The notes beneath the pieces were generated by a model. That model saw nothing but the letters and a program-made list of their open reading frames with translations. It was not told the DNA's origin and did no database searches. From the NCBI GenBank assembly GCA_046563655.1, contig CM102289.1:4588001-4652000 (forward strand): 64,000 nt of DNA, written 5' to 3'. Shown here piece by piece: positions 17,244 to 32,639 of this stretch. The first letter of the stretch is position 1; each line of letters starts with the position of its first letter. A program made the position numbers and the translations under genes. The stretch is from Yuukianura sp. NJ FZ-2021 (taxonomy: Eukaryota).

Positions 17244-18038
17244 GAGTGCTTCGCAAAGTTGATGATGTGGTCTGGAGAGGTGACGTATTTTTTGAAAGAT
17301 TTACACGAGTTATACTACCGCTATGCCTTAGAAAGGACGTCCAAAACTTTTTAAGCTTTAGCCAATAGGTTACATCAAAGTGTCTTTCTTTAAAGAAAAT
17401 GAATAGTGTGAATTTTGTGTTTACTTTTCTTTAATATTAAATATTTTTATATTTAAAAAAATATTTCGGGCTTTTAAAAAATATTAAATATTTTTTTATA
17501 AATTTTTGTGCCTTTTTAACAAAATTTTAATATTTGGGTAAAGTTTTTAGCTTTTTTAACGAAATATCAATATTTGGGTAAATTTTGTGTTGCTTGTGAC
17601 TCAAAAAAGCTTAATTTGGCTGCTTTGCGATTAATACGATTTCGCATAATGCGATTCTAAACGATAAAAGACGCAGATTGACTCCGCAAAACCTAGCCAT
17701 ATACGTTGTCGCTCGATTCTTGTCAGCTGACGGCCATTTAACTACGAATTATTCAATATTACAGTATAATTTGAACAGCCGGACTAAGTTTTATTAGTAT
17801 TTTTTTAAATATTCGCTTTTTAAGTAAATATTTACTTAAATATTTGGCCAATTTTCAGTAAATGTATAAATAAATATTCCTGGTGTTTTTACTAAATATT
17901 TTTTGAATGTATATTAATAAGAAACGATAATTGGTATTGGTAGTAGTAAATTTCGTCTAATTCTTTTTCGGGAGTAACAGTTCCAAGAATTGAGGCTGCA
18001 TTGCCTTGTTGTATGGCCATTGGCCAAACTGATTCTCC

Positions 18039-20574
18039 CTAGAAAGAAACGGTCGCTTTCTGCTGGCCGGTGTGATATTCCGGGTCTACCCCCACGGGTT
18101 CCTTCGTTTTGAGTGACGCTAATAACTTGTCGTTAGTCTTGCATTCCATTTCTAGTTCCTTCAGACACTTTTCGTAGGACACTACGGGTTCCTTCGTTTT
18201 GAGTGACGCTAATAACTTGTCGTTAGTCTTGCATTCCATTTCTAGTTCCTTCAGACACTTTTCGTAGGACACTCTTTGGCCTAGTAGTCTCTGCAGCTCG
18301 TGTTGAAGTTTGTCAACTAAAAATTGTTATCAAAATATGATCTTACAAAATTGATCCACACATCACAATAATTGTAAAGAAATAACCTGAAAGTCGCTCG
18401 TTCTGGTGCCTTTTGTCTACTTTATTACAAGCATCATTCAAGCCTTCGTGAAGAGACGACAACTGACTCAAGAAGTCGACGCGTCCAGAACCCGATTGAG
18501 AGACTCTATCAATCAAGAAATGGGGGTTAGTTTTTTCTTAAGCGAAAAAGTTGCATTGCGTTTAACTTTGCCAATGTTAAGCTTTTATTTAGTGGACAAA
18601 CATACTGGTGATATGAATCGATGATTGAATTTAGTAGTGAGAGCTCCTTTTCCAAGTATCGCTTTGTATCTTCCAAAGAATTGTACAGACTAAAGAATTG
18701 TTTGGTTTGGCGATGTGTTGCGGATACTAAAGTATCATTTCAGATTTTACACAATTATTTCAGGCAATAGAAATGGCTGGAGTATGGGAGAGGGTGTAGG
18801 ATGTAAACCCCCTAACCCAACCATTGTAACCTCGAGACGCAATCCGCATTGCGAACTTTAAAAAACCGAACCCCCTAAATAGGGGGTTACAGTCTACACC
18901 CACTGCCTTACCCCTACCATAGAAATTAATATATTCCAAAGTAGTCTCGAACTATAGTTCATTTTTTTATTCTGTGCAGTTGGTAAAATCAATTGCAGTC
19001 GCTCTTATGGAGATTTTCATTTTTTTGAAAATACGACCACCGTGCTGTATACATGGCGTTTTTCGCAATATTGAAAAATACAATGTTAATCCTCCATAAG
19101 GCGATTGGAACAGCTCAACTGCACAGAATAAAACAATGAACTATAGTCAAACCATCCTTGTCTTTAATAGCTCCTTGATAGATTTCCGTTTCTGGGGCAA
19201 TAAAGCTTTTTCCCATTTCAATGAACTTTTTTGGTCAAAATTTTCGATAGAATTTTTTTTTTCACTTTTATCATGTTTCAAACATTTTTGGAACGTTTGG
19301 AGCCAAAAAAAATTTGATCTCAAGATTTCCTTTTTCCCATTTTTTTGTGAATCTGGACTCGAATATTTTCAAGGTAGAGAAACTGAAGTGGCCACCCTTG
19401 ACAACTTCAAAAATGGCCCTCATGAAAGTTGTTCAGAATCATAAGGGGAAGGGGAGTATTTTTTGTGCTATAAACTATGAAGCTACGACCATTCCATGAG
19501 GTCAGAGGTCACCATAAACATTTCCCCAATTTTTCTTCGTGTTATGCTCACCTTGGGGTCAAAAAAATTTTTTTGCTCCAAACGTTCCAAAAACATTTAA
19601 AACATAATAAAAAGTGAAAAAAAAATTGTTTCGAAAATTTTGACAAAAAAACGGAAGAAAGCTTCACTGCCCCAGGAACGGAATTCTAACCTAGCTCCCT
19701 TACCTTGATTGTATAACTCCGAAAATCGTAATCTGTACTCGCGTAACTCTATCCGATTTGGCACTGTGATATTGATAATTGCAAATGATCACAATTTACC
19801 GTCCACAGCATCGCGGTGTATAGATTAAAAAAAGAAACATGAATTTAGTTGAGAATTTTATAGTTTCGTAACCTATTCCACAAGGAGAACGGAAGGTCAG
19901 CAGTCAGGGTAAATCCTTGTCATAGTTTGTCATTTGAAAACTCAAAGCAACATACCTTGATCAATTTGTCGCTTCAGTAAAGCCAACCTTCGGTTCACGT
20001 TACCCAATTCAGTTCTACCCGCTTCTAGCCTTGTCTCGGCGCGCTGGAGCTGGGCTGTAACTTCGCTATTACTAGATGGTACTTCAGTATCTCCTAGAAG
20101 TTGAAATGTTTGAAAAGAAAACTATGTAATATGTGTCTCGCAATCAAGGACAAGAAAGAACTGTAAGTCAAACAAATAATACGAATCCGATCAATTATTA
20201 CCCCCTGGAAATACCAAAATCCGGAAGCGTTCCAGGTCCTGATTGCACATTTCTTTGAATTGCTTCTCGTCAAATTTTAAACGGTCATACGTCGCCAAAA
20301 GCTCTTCGATTTCCTCAGAAGTTCGACCCCCTTTCGATGCTGCCAAGCTTTGTTGAACTTCTTCCGCCTTCCGATCTAAGTCATCTAAGCTTGACTGCAA
20401 CCTCTCCATTTCGATTTTTAACACTTCGATTTTTGCTCTCTTCTCCGATTCTTCATAGTTGCATTTCACCAACTCGTGCGTCAGTAACTCGTTTTGTTCA
20501 ATCAACGATGAAATGAGGTTCATGTCGGTCGACTTCGAGCCGTCTATAGATGTTTCTCCATTCTGCGAGTTCAT
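18039..20574 (-). CDS. CCDC93: CCDC93 (CCC/Commander subunit), C-terminal coiled-coil half only; possibly a truncated paralog or young pseudogene
   Basis: Six phase-compatible exons with no internal stops: [84 protein letters not shown], ...[13 protein letters not shown]. First in-frame ATG at 20574. No N-terminal domain exons upstream. Confidence 0.85.
18094..18273. repeat. Perfect 90-bp tandem duplication in the last CCDC93 exon
   Basis: 18094-18183 equals 18184-18273; encodes [30 protein letters not shown] twice. Confidence 0.95.
18783..18922. mobile_element. Small hairpin MITE in CCDC93 intron
   Basis: GGGTGTAGGATGTAAACCCCCTA vs TAGGGGGTTACAGTCTACACCC inverted. Confidence 0.65.
18950..19148. 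mobile_element. MITE in CCDC93 intron (related degenerate copy ~38325-38435)
   Basis: ACTATAGTTCATTTTTTTATTCTGTGCAGTTG / CAACTGCACAGAATAAAACAATGAACTATAGT. Confidence 0.8.
19180..19686. mobile_element. ~500-bp foldback element in CCDC93 intron
   Basis: Long arms: TTCCGTTTCTGGGGCAATAAAGCTTT...TTTTGGAACGTTTGGAGC vs GCTCCAAACGTTCCAAAA...AAAGCTTCACTGCCCAGGAACGGAA. Confidence 0.8.
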
Positions 20575-20760
20575 TTTCCCGGTTGAAACAAGTTCCACTA
20601 TTATGGGGAAATCTAGATTTTCAAAATTCAAAAGAACAAAAAAAAACTTTCCGTCATTTCCGGAGAAAAATTCTTTCAGATTCGGGTTCAGAATACTCAA
20701 ATTAGTCTAGAACAAAATGGCGTCCAAATCGGTGCTGCGCCGCGATAGCACAATTTTTCC

Positions 20761-21268
20761 ACGAGATGTTTACGGTAAATTACCAATTAGCTTCTTCTTC
20801 ATCCTGCATTTTAACTAACAATAAGTACTACATTCAACGCAGAATGTATGTTCGAAACAACGACGAGGCAACGTGGCAACAATCGTTCTCGTGATTCGTT
20901 CTGTTTTCTTTCCTGTAACCTCTCCTCTCTACCTGTAAATATTACATACGGAAGCTTTAATTCTTTGCGGTGTTATTCTTATTACCCAGGTTGACGTTTT
21001 GAAGTTGAAAGGAATCCCAATAATTTGAGTTTTTGACTTACCTGTTTTTCGACTTTAGAAAACAAAGAAAAAACAACCTGGTAAGGTTATTGAAAAATGA
21101 GAATATGAGAATGGATAGACCATGGAAGGCCTATACTCTTCAATAAAATGTCAACAGCTGAGTCAACGAAACAGAGTTTAAGTTCTTACTTTCTTTGATT
21201 TGTTTCACTGCAGTGCTTACTGCTTTTATCACTTGACTGTAGTTCCAGTTGTTAGTTTTTAGCAAAGC
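20761..21268 (-). promoter_or_regulatory. Inverted copy of the TBC1D23 promoter/5'UTR/start exon, oriented toward CCDC93
   Basis: Reverse complement aligns along its length with 21686-22208; retains UTR donor (AAAAACAG|GTAAGT), acceptor (ATTTACAG|) and ATG CAG GAT GAA GAA GAA GCT AAT TG|GTAA at 20809. Confidence 0.9.
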
Positions 21269-21288
21269 CGAGCTTTACTAAACTCTAT

Positions 21289-21415
21289 CGGGTGTTCGAA
21301 AAGTTAGTTCCATCGTTTTTCTCCCGGTGTAACTTCTCCATCTCATCTCCCGTTGCATTTTTCGAGCTTATGAGTTTTGTCCAGAGAAAGATGGAACTAA
21401 CTCATCATCACCAGC
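21289..21415. mobile_element. MITE fragment in the spacer of the inverted duplication; reverse-complement relative of 38690-38830
   Basis: GGGTGTTCGAAAAGTTAGTTCCATC...CTCCATCTCATCTCC...GAGCTTATGAGTTTTG matches the opposite strand of 38690-38830. Confidence 0.7.
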
Positions 21416-22159
21416 ACCAAACCAGCAAAACACCAGCAAAAACATTTCAAAAAATCTGCAACGAAAAATTTGTACTACCACTACGTCGACTTTGTTTTTT
21501 ACAGCAACTGAAAATTCTAGGCAGAAAAAAAAAGTAGTTGCAGAAAAAACTGGACGAAAATAAAATTGAGTTGTTGCAATTTTGTATTGTTGTAAGAAAA
21601 AGTCTATGAAAATAATTTTGAGACGGAGTAAAATTGAGACACGGCAAAAATCCCGACGGAGAAAATTTGAAATCCCGATGTCAAAGCTTTGCTAAAAACT
21701 TACAACTGGAACTATTAGTAGAGTCAAGTGATAAAAGCAGTAAGCACTCCAGTGAAACAAATCAAAGAAAGTAAGAACTTAAACACTGTTTCGTTGACTC
21801 AGCTGTTGACATTTTATTGAAGAGGAGCAAGCCTTCCCTGGTCTATCCATTCTCATATTCTCATTTTCAATAACCTTACCAGTTTGTTTTTTCTTTCTTT
21901 TCTAAAGTCAAAAAACAGGTAAAGTCAAAAACTCAAATTATTGGGATTTCTTTCAACTTCAAAACGTCAACCTGGGTGATAAGAATATCACCGCAAAGAA
22001 TTAAAGCTTCCGTATGTAATATTTCCAGGTGGAGAGGAGTGGGTACAGGAAGCAAAGAAAACAACGAATCACGAGAACGATTGTTGCCACGTTGCCTCGA
22101 CCTTGTTTCGAACGTATACATTCTGCGTTCAACAAGCTTAGTACTTATTGTTAGTTAAA

Positions 22160-25739
<3,580 letters not shown>

Positions 25740-27921
25740 GTGGAGTATTCTGGATGCTGTTGTGGTCTTAACTAACCTATCCTCTGCCTTGATGATTTGG
25801 ATCCTTGTATCAAATGAAGAACCAAAGATGAAACTAACTTACACTTTTAATTTTATTTAGTTGTTTCTCTGTCTGAACCTACTTTTAAGTCTTAAGGCAG
25901 TTCTAAAATTCTTTCAAGCTCCGTATTGTCGTTTAGAGTAATTGATTTTTCAGTGGAATGACGGTATCCAATCCATAGGTTTAAAAATCCATGCAGGTTT
26001 AAATAACAAAAAGGTTGATTATGATTTACGAGCGAATGGCGTGGGGCTTCTTTACTCAAGTACACGTAAATATTTCTTTGAATTTAAAAAATGTAGGTAA
26101 ATGCTTTCCCTGGTAATTCTTAATGGATTTTTCCGAAACTCGCGAAAGTCTTTTCATCAAAACTTGATTTCGAGTTGTGTGACATCAAGTTATCAATGTT
26201 ATTTCTTTAGTTTTGGAATCCTATGGCGTCGCACGAATGTTGTCACCTCCTTCCGCTGGTTAGTGATTCCTCGACAGGTTTGATGACGCAGTGTGGAAGC
26301 CATTTATGTTGTGATTGTTCCGAATTGCATTTATATATTCAGATTTCATGTAACTAAACCTTGATTGAGATATCTCAGTTGGTGAAGTTGGGCGATTTGA
26401 AGAAACCCAGTTGATGCAAGCTTTCTATGATTCATCATGGTAGATATGAATCAATTCGTTGTGTGGTGGGTGGGTTACGTTCAGCTTAAATATTACTACT
26501 CCGGGAAACCCAAAGTTTGAACAAGCTGATATTTTTTGCAGTCATTCAATGGGATTCATAGAACAAGGTCAAAATCAACTGGAATGATAGGAAAAGCTTT
26601 AGGTATAAAAAATTCAGATGAATCGAAAAAATATTGAAGAAGTCCTCTACTTGCCCTTCTCCTTCGCTAATTTAATTCCCATATATTTCCCATGTCTTTT
26701 GTTACTTTTTACGTAAAATCTCTAAAGCTGTTGTTTTATTTTTTCCTTTGTTTTTGTTTTACCTAATACTACTTATTTAGACGGCTTTGGTTCACAACGT
26801 CTACTTATGCCAGTCGTTTATGAATGGCTGCGCAGTCCCACCGTAGCAAGCCGTTAATCATTTTCATAATCTGCATTTTCAAGTACCTAAAAGGTCCCTA
26901 GATTTTTCATTTCTAGATTCAACTAAATGTTGGTCTTTAGTTTGAAGAACTGATTTATAATTAAGGACCGAAAGTCATAAAGTTAATATTTGAAGCGAAA
27001 TGAAACTTTTTGCACATGATCCGCGGTGTTCTACGACGTATAGAATTTTCGGCGGTTTCCAAAATAATGTACCTGTAATTTTATGAATTTAGGTTCACTT
27101 TAGTTTCTGACCAATCACTCGGTTCTAAGAAATGTTTTTTCAATTTGGGAAGATACAAAGCAAGATTACAAGTGCTTGTACATAATAAATTCAGAAACGT
27201 CTACAGCCGAGCCCGCGGCAACCAGTAGTCATTCATATAAGTAAGTCCATCCTTGTGGCTACGGGGATGAAGTCACGGAGATGATGCATACCGTCCATGA
27301 TAAATCAGAGCAAGTGGGGAGGATGGGGTTGACTTTGACAATGTTGGATGACTCATGCTTATCATCAACAAAGTTACTATAACGATTCTGCCCAAGCTAA
27401 AGTAATTGTGAATAAACAAATTTTTGGGGAAGTGATGACGATTTGCTTTAACCTAACCTAAACAACAAAGAAAAGTACTAATGAGAGGTCCTAAATAATA
27501 ATAAATACTTTATTTTAATGTTTGCTGGCAATGGTAAGGCCTATTTTCTTTTTGTTTGGTGCGAGTGCGACACATTAAGGAGGGTGGAGAGTTGGGGACG
27601 GCTTTAAAGGAAAAGGCCTACGCCGGCGCATAAGTGGCTCAAAGTGTTTGTAGCTCTTGGTATTAAAGTGGCCGAAGTGGATAAGGAAATTCACACTGCT
27701 TTTTGCTTCTGAAGAAGGGAGAGACGTAATAATCGATAGGTCCTTCTAGAACTTCTCAGTTCATATCCACATACTACTGAAGAAGGAGGTCAGAATCAAA
27801 ACAGACACTTCCACTGAACTTTCCGTTGTATTATCACCGCTAATTGACATTCATTAACAGATTTTCTTCTGGGATTAGTATTATAGCTGCCATCACCGCT
27901 CTGGCTCAATTTCGTGTCAAC

Positions 27922-30145
27922 ATGAATTTCTTCGTTGTATTGTTACTCACTGTCACCTTGACCATGGCCACTCCGCTCACTAACGGTACGTCAATTTATT
28001 TTTATTCAATTGACAACAAACAATTCAATATCAAATGAGATCATTCAACATAAGGGGTTGGGGGATGCTTAGTTTCCATGTTTTTTGGGGAACAATGAAA
28101 AAAGCAGCAGGGAAAACTTTAGAATTTGTTTTGTTCAATGAAAACTGCTGTCATGGTCTTAATAACTTAAACGTTAAAGCTCAAGCGTCATTTTGGTTAC
28201 TCATGCTAATCGAATCTCCTATGTAAATGCCATCTACTTAGGCTATCGATTATGTTTATTGGGTCGTCATTCACAACAAAGTGCATTTTCATTATTACAT
28301 ACATGTATTTCCGTTTGTCACTGCCGATATTACATTAACAGTATTCAAAAAAATGGGGTCAAAACGGAAATATTTAATTAACGCTAACGTTAACAAAGCC
28401 AGCACAAGATAGATTGTCGTGGCACCAAAATAAGGTAAACGTGAATTCTATGTGAGTAATATTTTGCTCCTGTCATTACCACCGTCTACTGCAACCATAT
28501 TTTGCTTCATTTTAAACTCTCATGCCATTTCTTTAACGTTTTTCAAATTTTCAAGTCGTCTCCATTGGGGCCTACGGCAACCAATATTCCTAGATTGACA
28601 TGTCCCATGTCGCTTTTCAGGTTTAAGACGATAGCGAAAATTTTTGGAAAATGATCATGATGTTGTTTGTATTTTCCCAGAAAGAAGTAATTAGGCGTCT
28701 ATTGTTGAGTAAAAATAGACCTAACTGTACAATGCGATGTTGAGGTTAACAATGGCCTCCTTTCTGTCCTTTCCTGTTCTAGTAAACTGTAGGTAGGTAC
28801 ATGTTCAACTTAAACTGTTTAAGTGTTGATGAGAGCCACTTCGAAACAAATATTTTCTTAAGTTGTTTATTCCTGTCTTTCTCTTTCTCTCTTTAGGAAA
28901 CTTACGATTTAGCTTTCATAAACTGATATCGTCTCCCATGTTATGTAGGAGAAATTATTTTATCGCAATTTCATCAATTTAAGCACCCTTACATTTGTCA
29001 CTTACATTCACAATTTCGGATTGCGTTATTTAACGATAATGTTTTGACATCCTCTTATGAATTTTTCATTTTTTTTTTCTAACAGAACGGAAGGATGGCC
29101 CAATGGTTGTGGATGTTCCTGCTGGAATGTTTTCTGAGGGTGAAGTTGATGATGCCATTCCGTTGCCAACATCAGATGAAACTGATGCTGAAGTTGTCAG
29201 GCCTCTAGCGCCATCGCCTGACAGTGCGGAGGGTAGTAAGGTACCTGGTGCCGATGATGACACAGGATTTCGAGTACCAACTATCTTTGTTATTCGGCGA
29301 CCAGTCGTTTCCGACCGATTTCCATTTTTTCAACAATCTCCATTGTTTGGGTCTTCTTCTCTCTTCGAGAATCGTCGCCCATTTTTTGAAAGACCGAGTT
29401 TCTTTCAAAGCAGAATAACTCCAGTGTCGGATAACTCAGATCACGCTATGATCAGTCACATGGAACGTATGGAAACTTTACTATTCGAGTGTCAAGTTTA
29501 ATCGGAATGAGCTTTTTCTAATTGACATTTCCTGTTTTTCACTCTGCAGAAATGATGAAGCGCATGCAACAACAAATGTCTACTCTTTGGTCATCTTTTG
29601 CCAGTCCATCCTTCCATAGAAGACCAGTCCGCCCGCTCTTCCCAACATTATCTTTTGAAAGCGATGAAGACATGGGAAGCAATGAAAATGAGACAATCAT
29701 TAACATTGACAACCTCCCTGCCAACTACTCCAATTCTACTTCCGAAACGAAGGTTGTCGATGGGCATGTTGTTCAAGTGAACAAGACCATTCACAAAATC
29801 TCATCTGGAAACAACACCTCCGGATTCTTTCACTTTGAAGTAATCAATCATGTCATTTGAATATAACTTCAGAATCAAATTAATGAAACGCTTGGTTTGT
29901 AGGTTATCAACGTAAGGCCAACTGAGGGTTCTAAAATAGAAGCTCCCATTCCTGAAGCCACGGGAGTTAATCCTCCAGAAGTCCCGGAAACCATTGTTCA
30001 CCCATCACCGGAACTACCGAAAACTGAAGATCCGTCATTAAATGAAGTTGGAGAGATGAAACCAAACGCTGGACAAGACAATGTAAGTGGCGTTGACTCT
30101 GGGCTGCTCGCCGACGAACCCAAGTCTCAAATCCAGGCTTCCTAA
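27922..30145 (+). CDS. Icarapin-like secreted low-complexity protein (4 exons)
   Basis: Signal peptide MNFFVVLLLTVTLTMA; phase-consistent introns; MMKRMQQQM and NYSNSTSETKVVDGHVVQVNKTIHK...FEVINVRP resemble the recalled icarapin motif (NTTSTTKIINGHVVTINET...VIDVRP). Confidence 0.7.
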
Positions 30146-32068
30146 ACCGCGCATGAACAAAGCTAAGACAACCAATACGAAATAGTTTTGTCTTCGTCTG
30201 ATTCAATAACTTTCGATTAAGAATAACACAAAATCGGACTACGTACGCTAAGAGCGAGAATTTTAAATAAGAATGAATAGACAATCACGCTTTATTCCAT
30301 TTACCTTACTTTAATATGAACTTTTGAACTTCAGGTTAGAAATTCTATGCGTTTAAGTCACAGGCTTACGTTAATGGTAAAAACAGGTTGTGCTAGGGTA
30401 GCTCGGTTGCCTGAATTAATCATCTAATACTAACGGTAAATTCTTAACGCGAGTGCAAAACCCTTCGAATTATAATCCTTCTTGTGATTGATCAGCTTAA
30501 TAAACAAGAACAATTTACTGTAACATTGCTTTGTTTCTTTATCTACCACCCATCTTTCACTTCAAGTTAAGCCCTAATGAAAGCTTTTTACGGCGTGCAA
30601 CAACGAAGGATCTTCGTTAATGACATAGTCTTGCTCACACCCTTCAATTTCAACTACGAGCATTTTATAATTTTCGTTTGAAAAAACTTTTACCAACGAA
30701 ATTAAATGGTTTCTTGCCGAAACAACCTTGCCAAGTCTTAAAAGTAACGCTAATGTACATGATGGATATTATATAGACCAAGCCATATTCCGCCATTCAT
30801 GGAAGATCGTATGGGGATACGGAGATGATTGGAGAGATACTTCCCGCCAAATACGAGATGCTACCGAGAAGGCGGGATGGCAGGTCAAGAGCAAGATCGC
30901 TTAGCGACGACCTCCGGGTAAATAGGCTAATGGAAGATCAAAAGATTCTGTCACCATATTTGCTTCTGAATCCGGATGTTGAATTGATTCAAGTATAAAC
31001 GGAATAGATTACAAAAGGAACTGTAAGCTTGCAATTGTTTCACACTTAACTTAAATCCAAAATTGAGAATAAAAGATACCGGGTAGGTCAAAAACTTAAA
31101 ATTTCGTTTTTAAGAAAGAATCAAACTGCGTTCTATAAATCCAACTTTCCCTCGAAACCTTCTCCTCGAAAGAAAACTTTACATTGGGATATGACGCAAA
31201 TCAGAAGAATGTTTCTCATTGTTGAACTTTATTGGTCGGTATTACTATTTTAAATAGCAACATAGCAGAAGGCGGACAAAACTGTCATGTCTTTCACATG
31301 CTTCTGAGATCCTGATTTAGTTAGGAGAAAAATTATTCAGTCAAAAGGTTGAACTGCGCAATGAGAAACTCCGATAGTCGATTTGGTGTGAATTTGATAC
31401 AAAAGGAAAACTACTAAGTTTGCATTGCAACTTGAATTGCGACAACTAACTCAAAAATCGCATTTTTACGTTGAAGGTAGAGTACGGTGGCAAAACTTTA
31501 GGAGATCTATGGTGGGCTTTTACACACACTAGATTTTAAATACGTTCACCAGTTTCTGAGACTTATGTAAAACCCCAGAATCGCGTTTCACAAATTTTGA
31601 TAACCACTAAAATAGTCTTTCTGTGTCCATTCTAAGTCTATCGATAAATTTTACAAATTGACCAGAAAGTTTGAAACCTTGATTTTGAAGCGCATTATAA
31701 TCCCGACGTCGGTAACGACATATGGCTATAGTTATTTGTATACGAAAGGTACAATATGTAGATCCGTATTCCACTACTATAATTCTTTTGTGGAGGTACA
31801 TAAAAAGTCAACAAATGTAACGACGTCAGGTATTAAAATGGAAACCACTTCAACAGTAGTTATAGCGGAAGCAATATGAGTTAATTTAATCAAGAATATC
31901 CTGTACTTAATGACACATTGAATTCGAAATATTCGCGCGGCAATGTGCTGCGATAACACCAAGGAACCAAACGAACAAAACAGTACAATTATTGCTTATG
32001 GTTAAACATTAATGAAACGGGAAACAAACTAAACACAATTTCAAATGAGGGTTTGGGTTATAGCATAG

Positions 32069-32441
32069 CAGTGGCTTAATTGCCACTTCCACTGGATATC
32101 CAGTGCAAGAAATGCACCCGAAATTGATGAAACTTTTAGTGGATGGAAGAAATTAAGAGTTTAGCGCCAAATTCAAAAATATTCAAGTTTCAAAATTACA
32201 AAATAATATCGAAAGGAGTTTTTTATGGTTAATATTAATCATTTATTTAAAACTCATACAAAAACGATATTTCCTTGGTTTTTTACGGTATTTTGGATTG
32301 TTTAAGTTTTTTTTGTATTTAATTAATTCACACCCCACGGTCAAAGCTCCGCCCCTTTACATTAATCCGTTTTGTCCATTTCTTCCACTGGATAACCAGC
32401 CGTGCACGAAATGTCCAGAAAGTGGATATCCAGCAACACTG
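32069..32441. mobile_element. hAT-like MITE
   Basis: CAGTG...CACTG ends with repeated CCACTGGATA subterminal motifs; 8-bp GGTTATAG at 32056-32063 and 32442-32449 (candidate TSD, offset 5 bp on the left). Confidence 0.6.
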
Positions 32442-32639
32442 GGTTATAGGATACAACATTTACCAAAATTGCTTCGGTACTGCTTCAGGCAAACTTGATA
32501 AAGGATGAGATATATGCGCCATTTGTAAAACTACTTTAAATAAGTGCAGAAAAATGTGACTAAATTTTCAAATGATAATAATAGGCTCCATCAAACCACT
32601 TGCCGTCGAACCCGCGAGTTAGACGGCACCTAACCTAAC

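Noticed and set aside
31607..31962. Overlapping short ORFs on both strands
   Set aside because: No recognisable motif or consistent exon chain.
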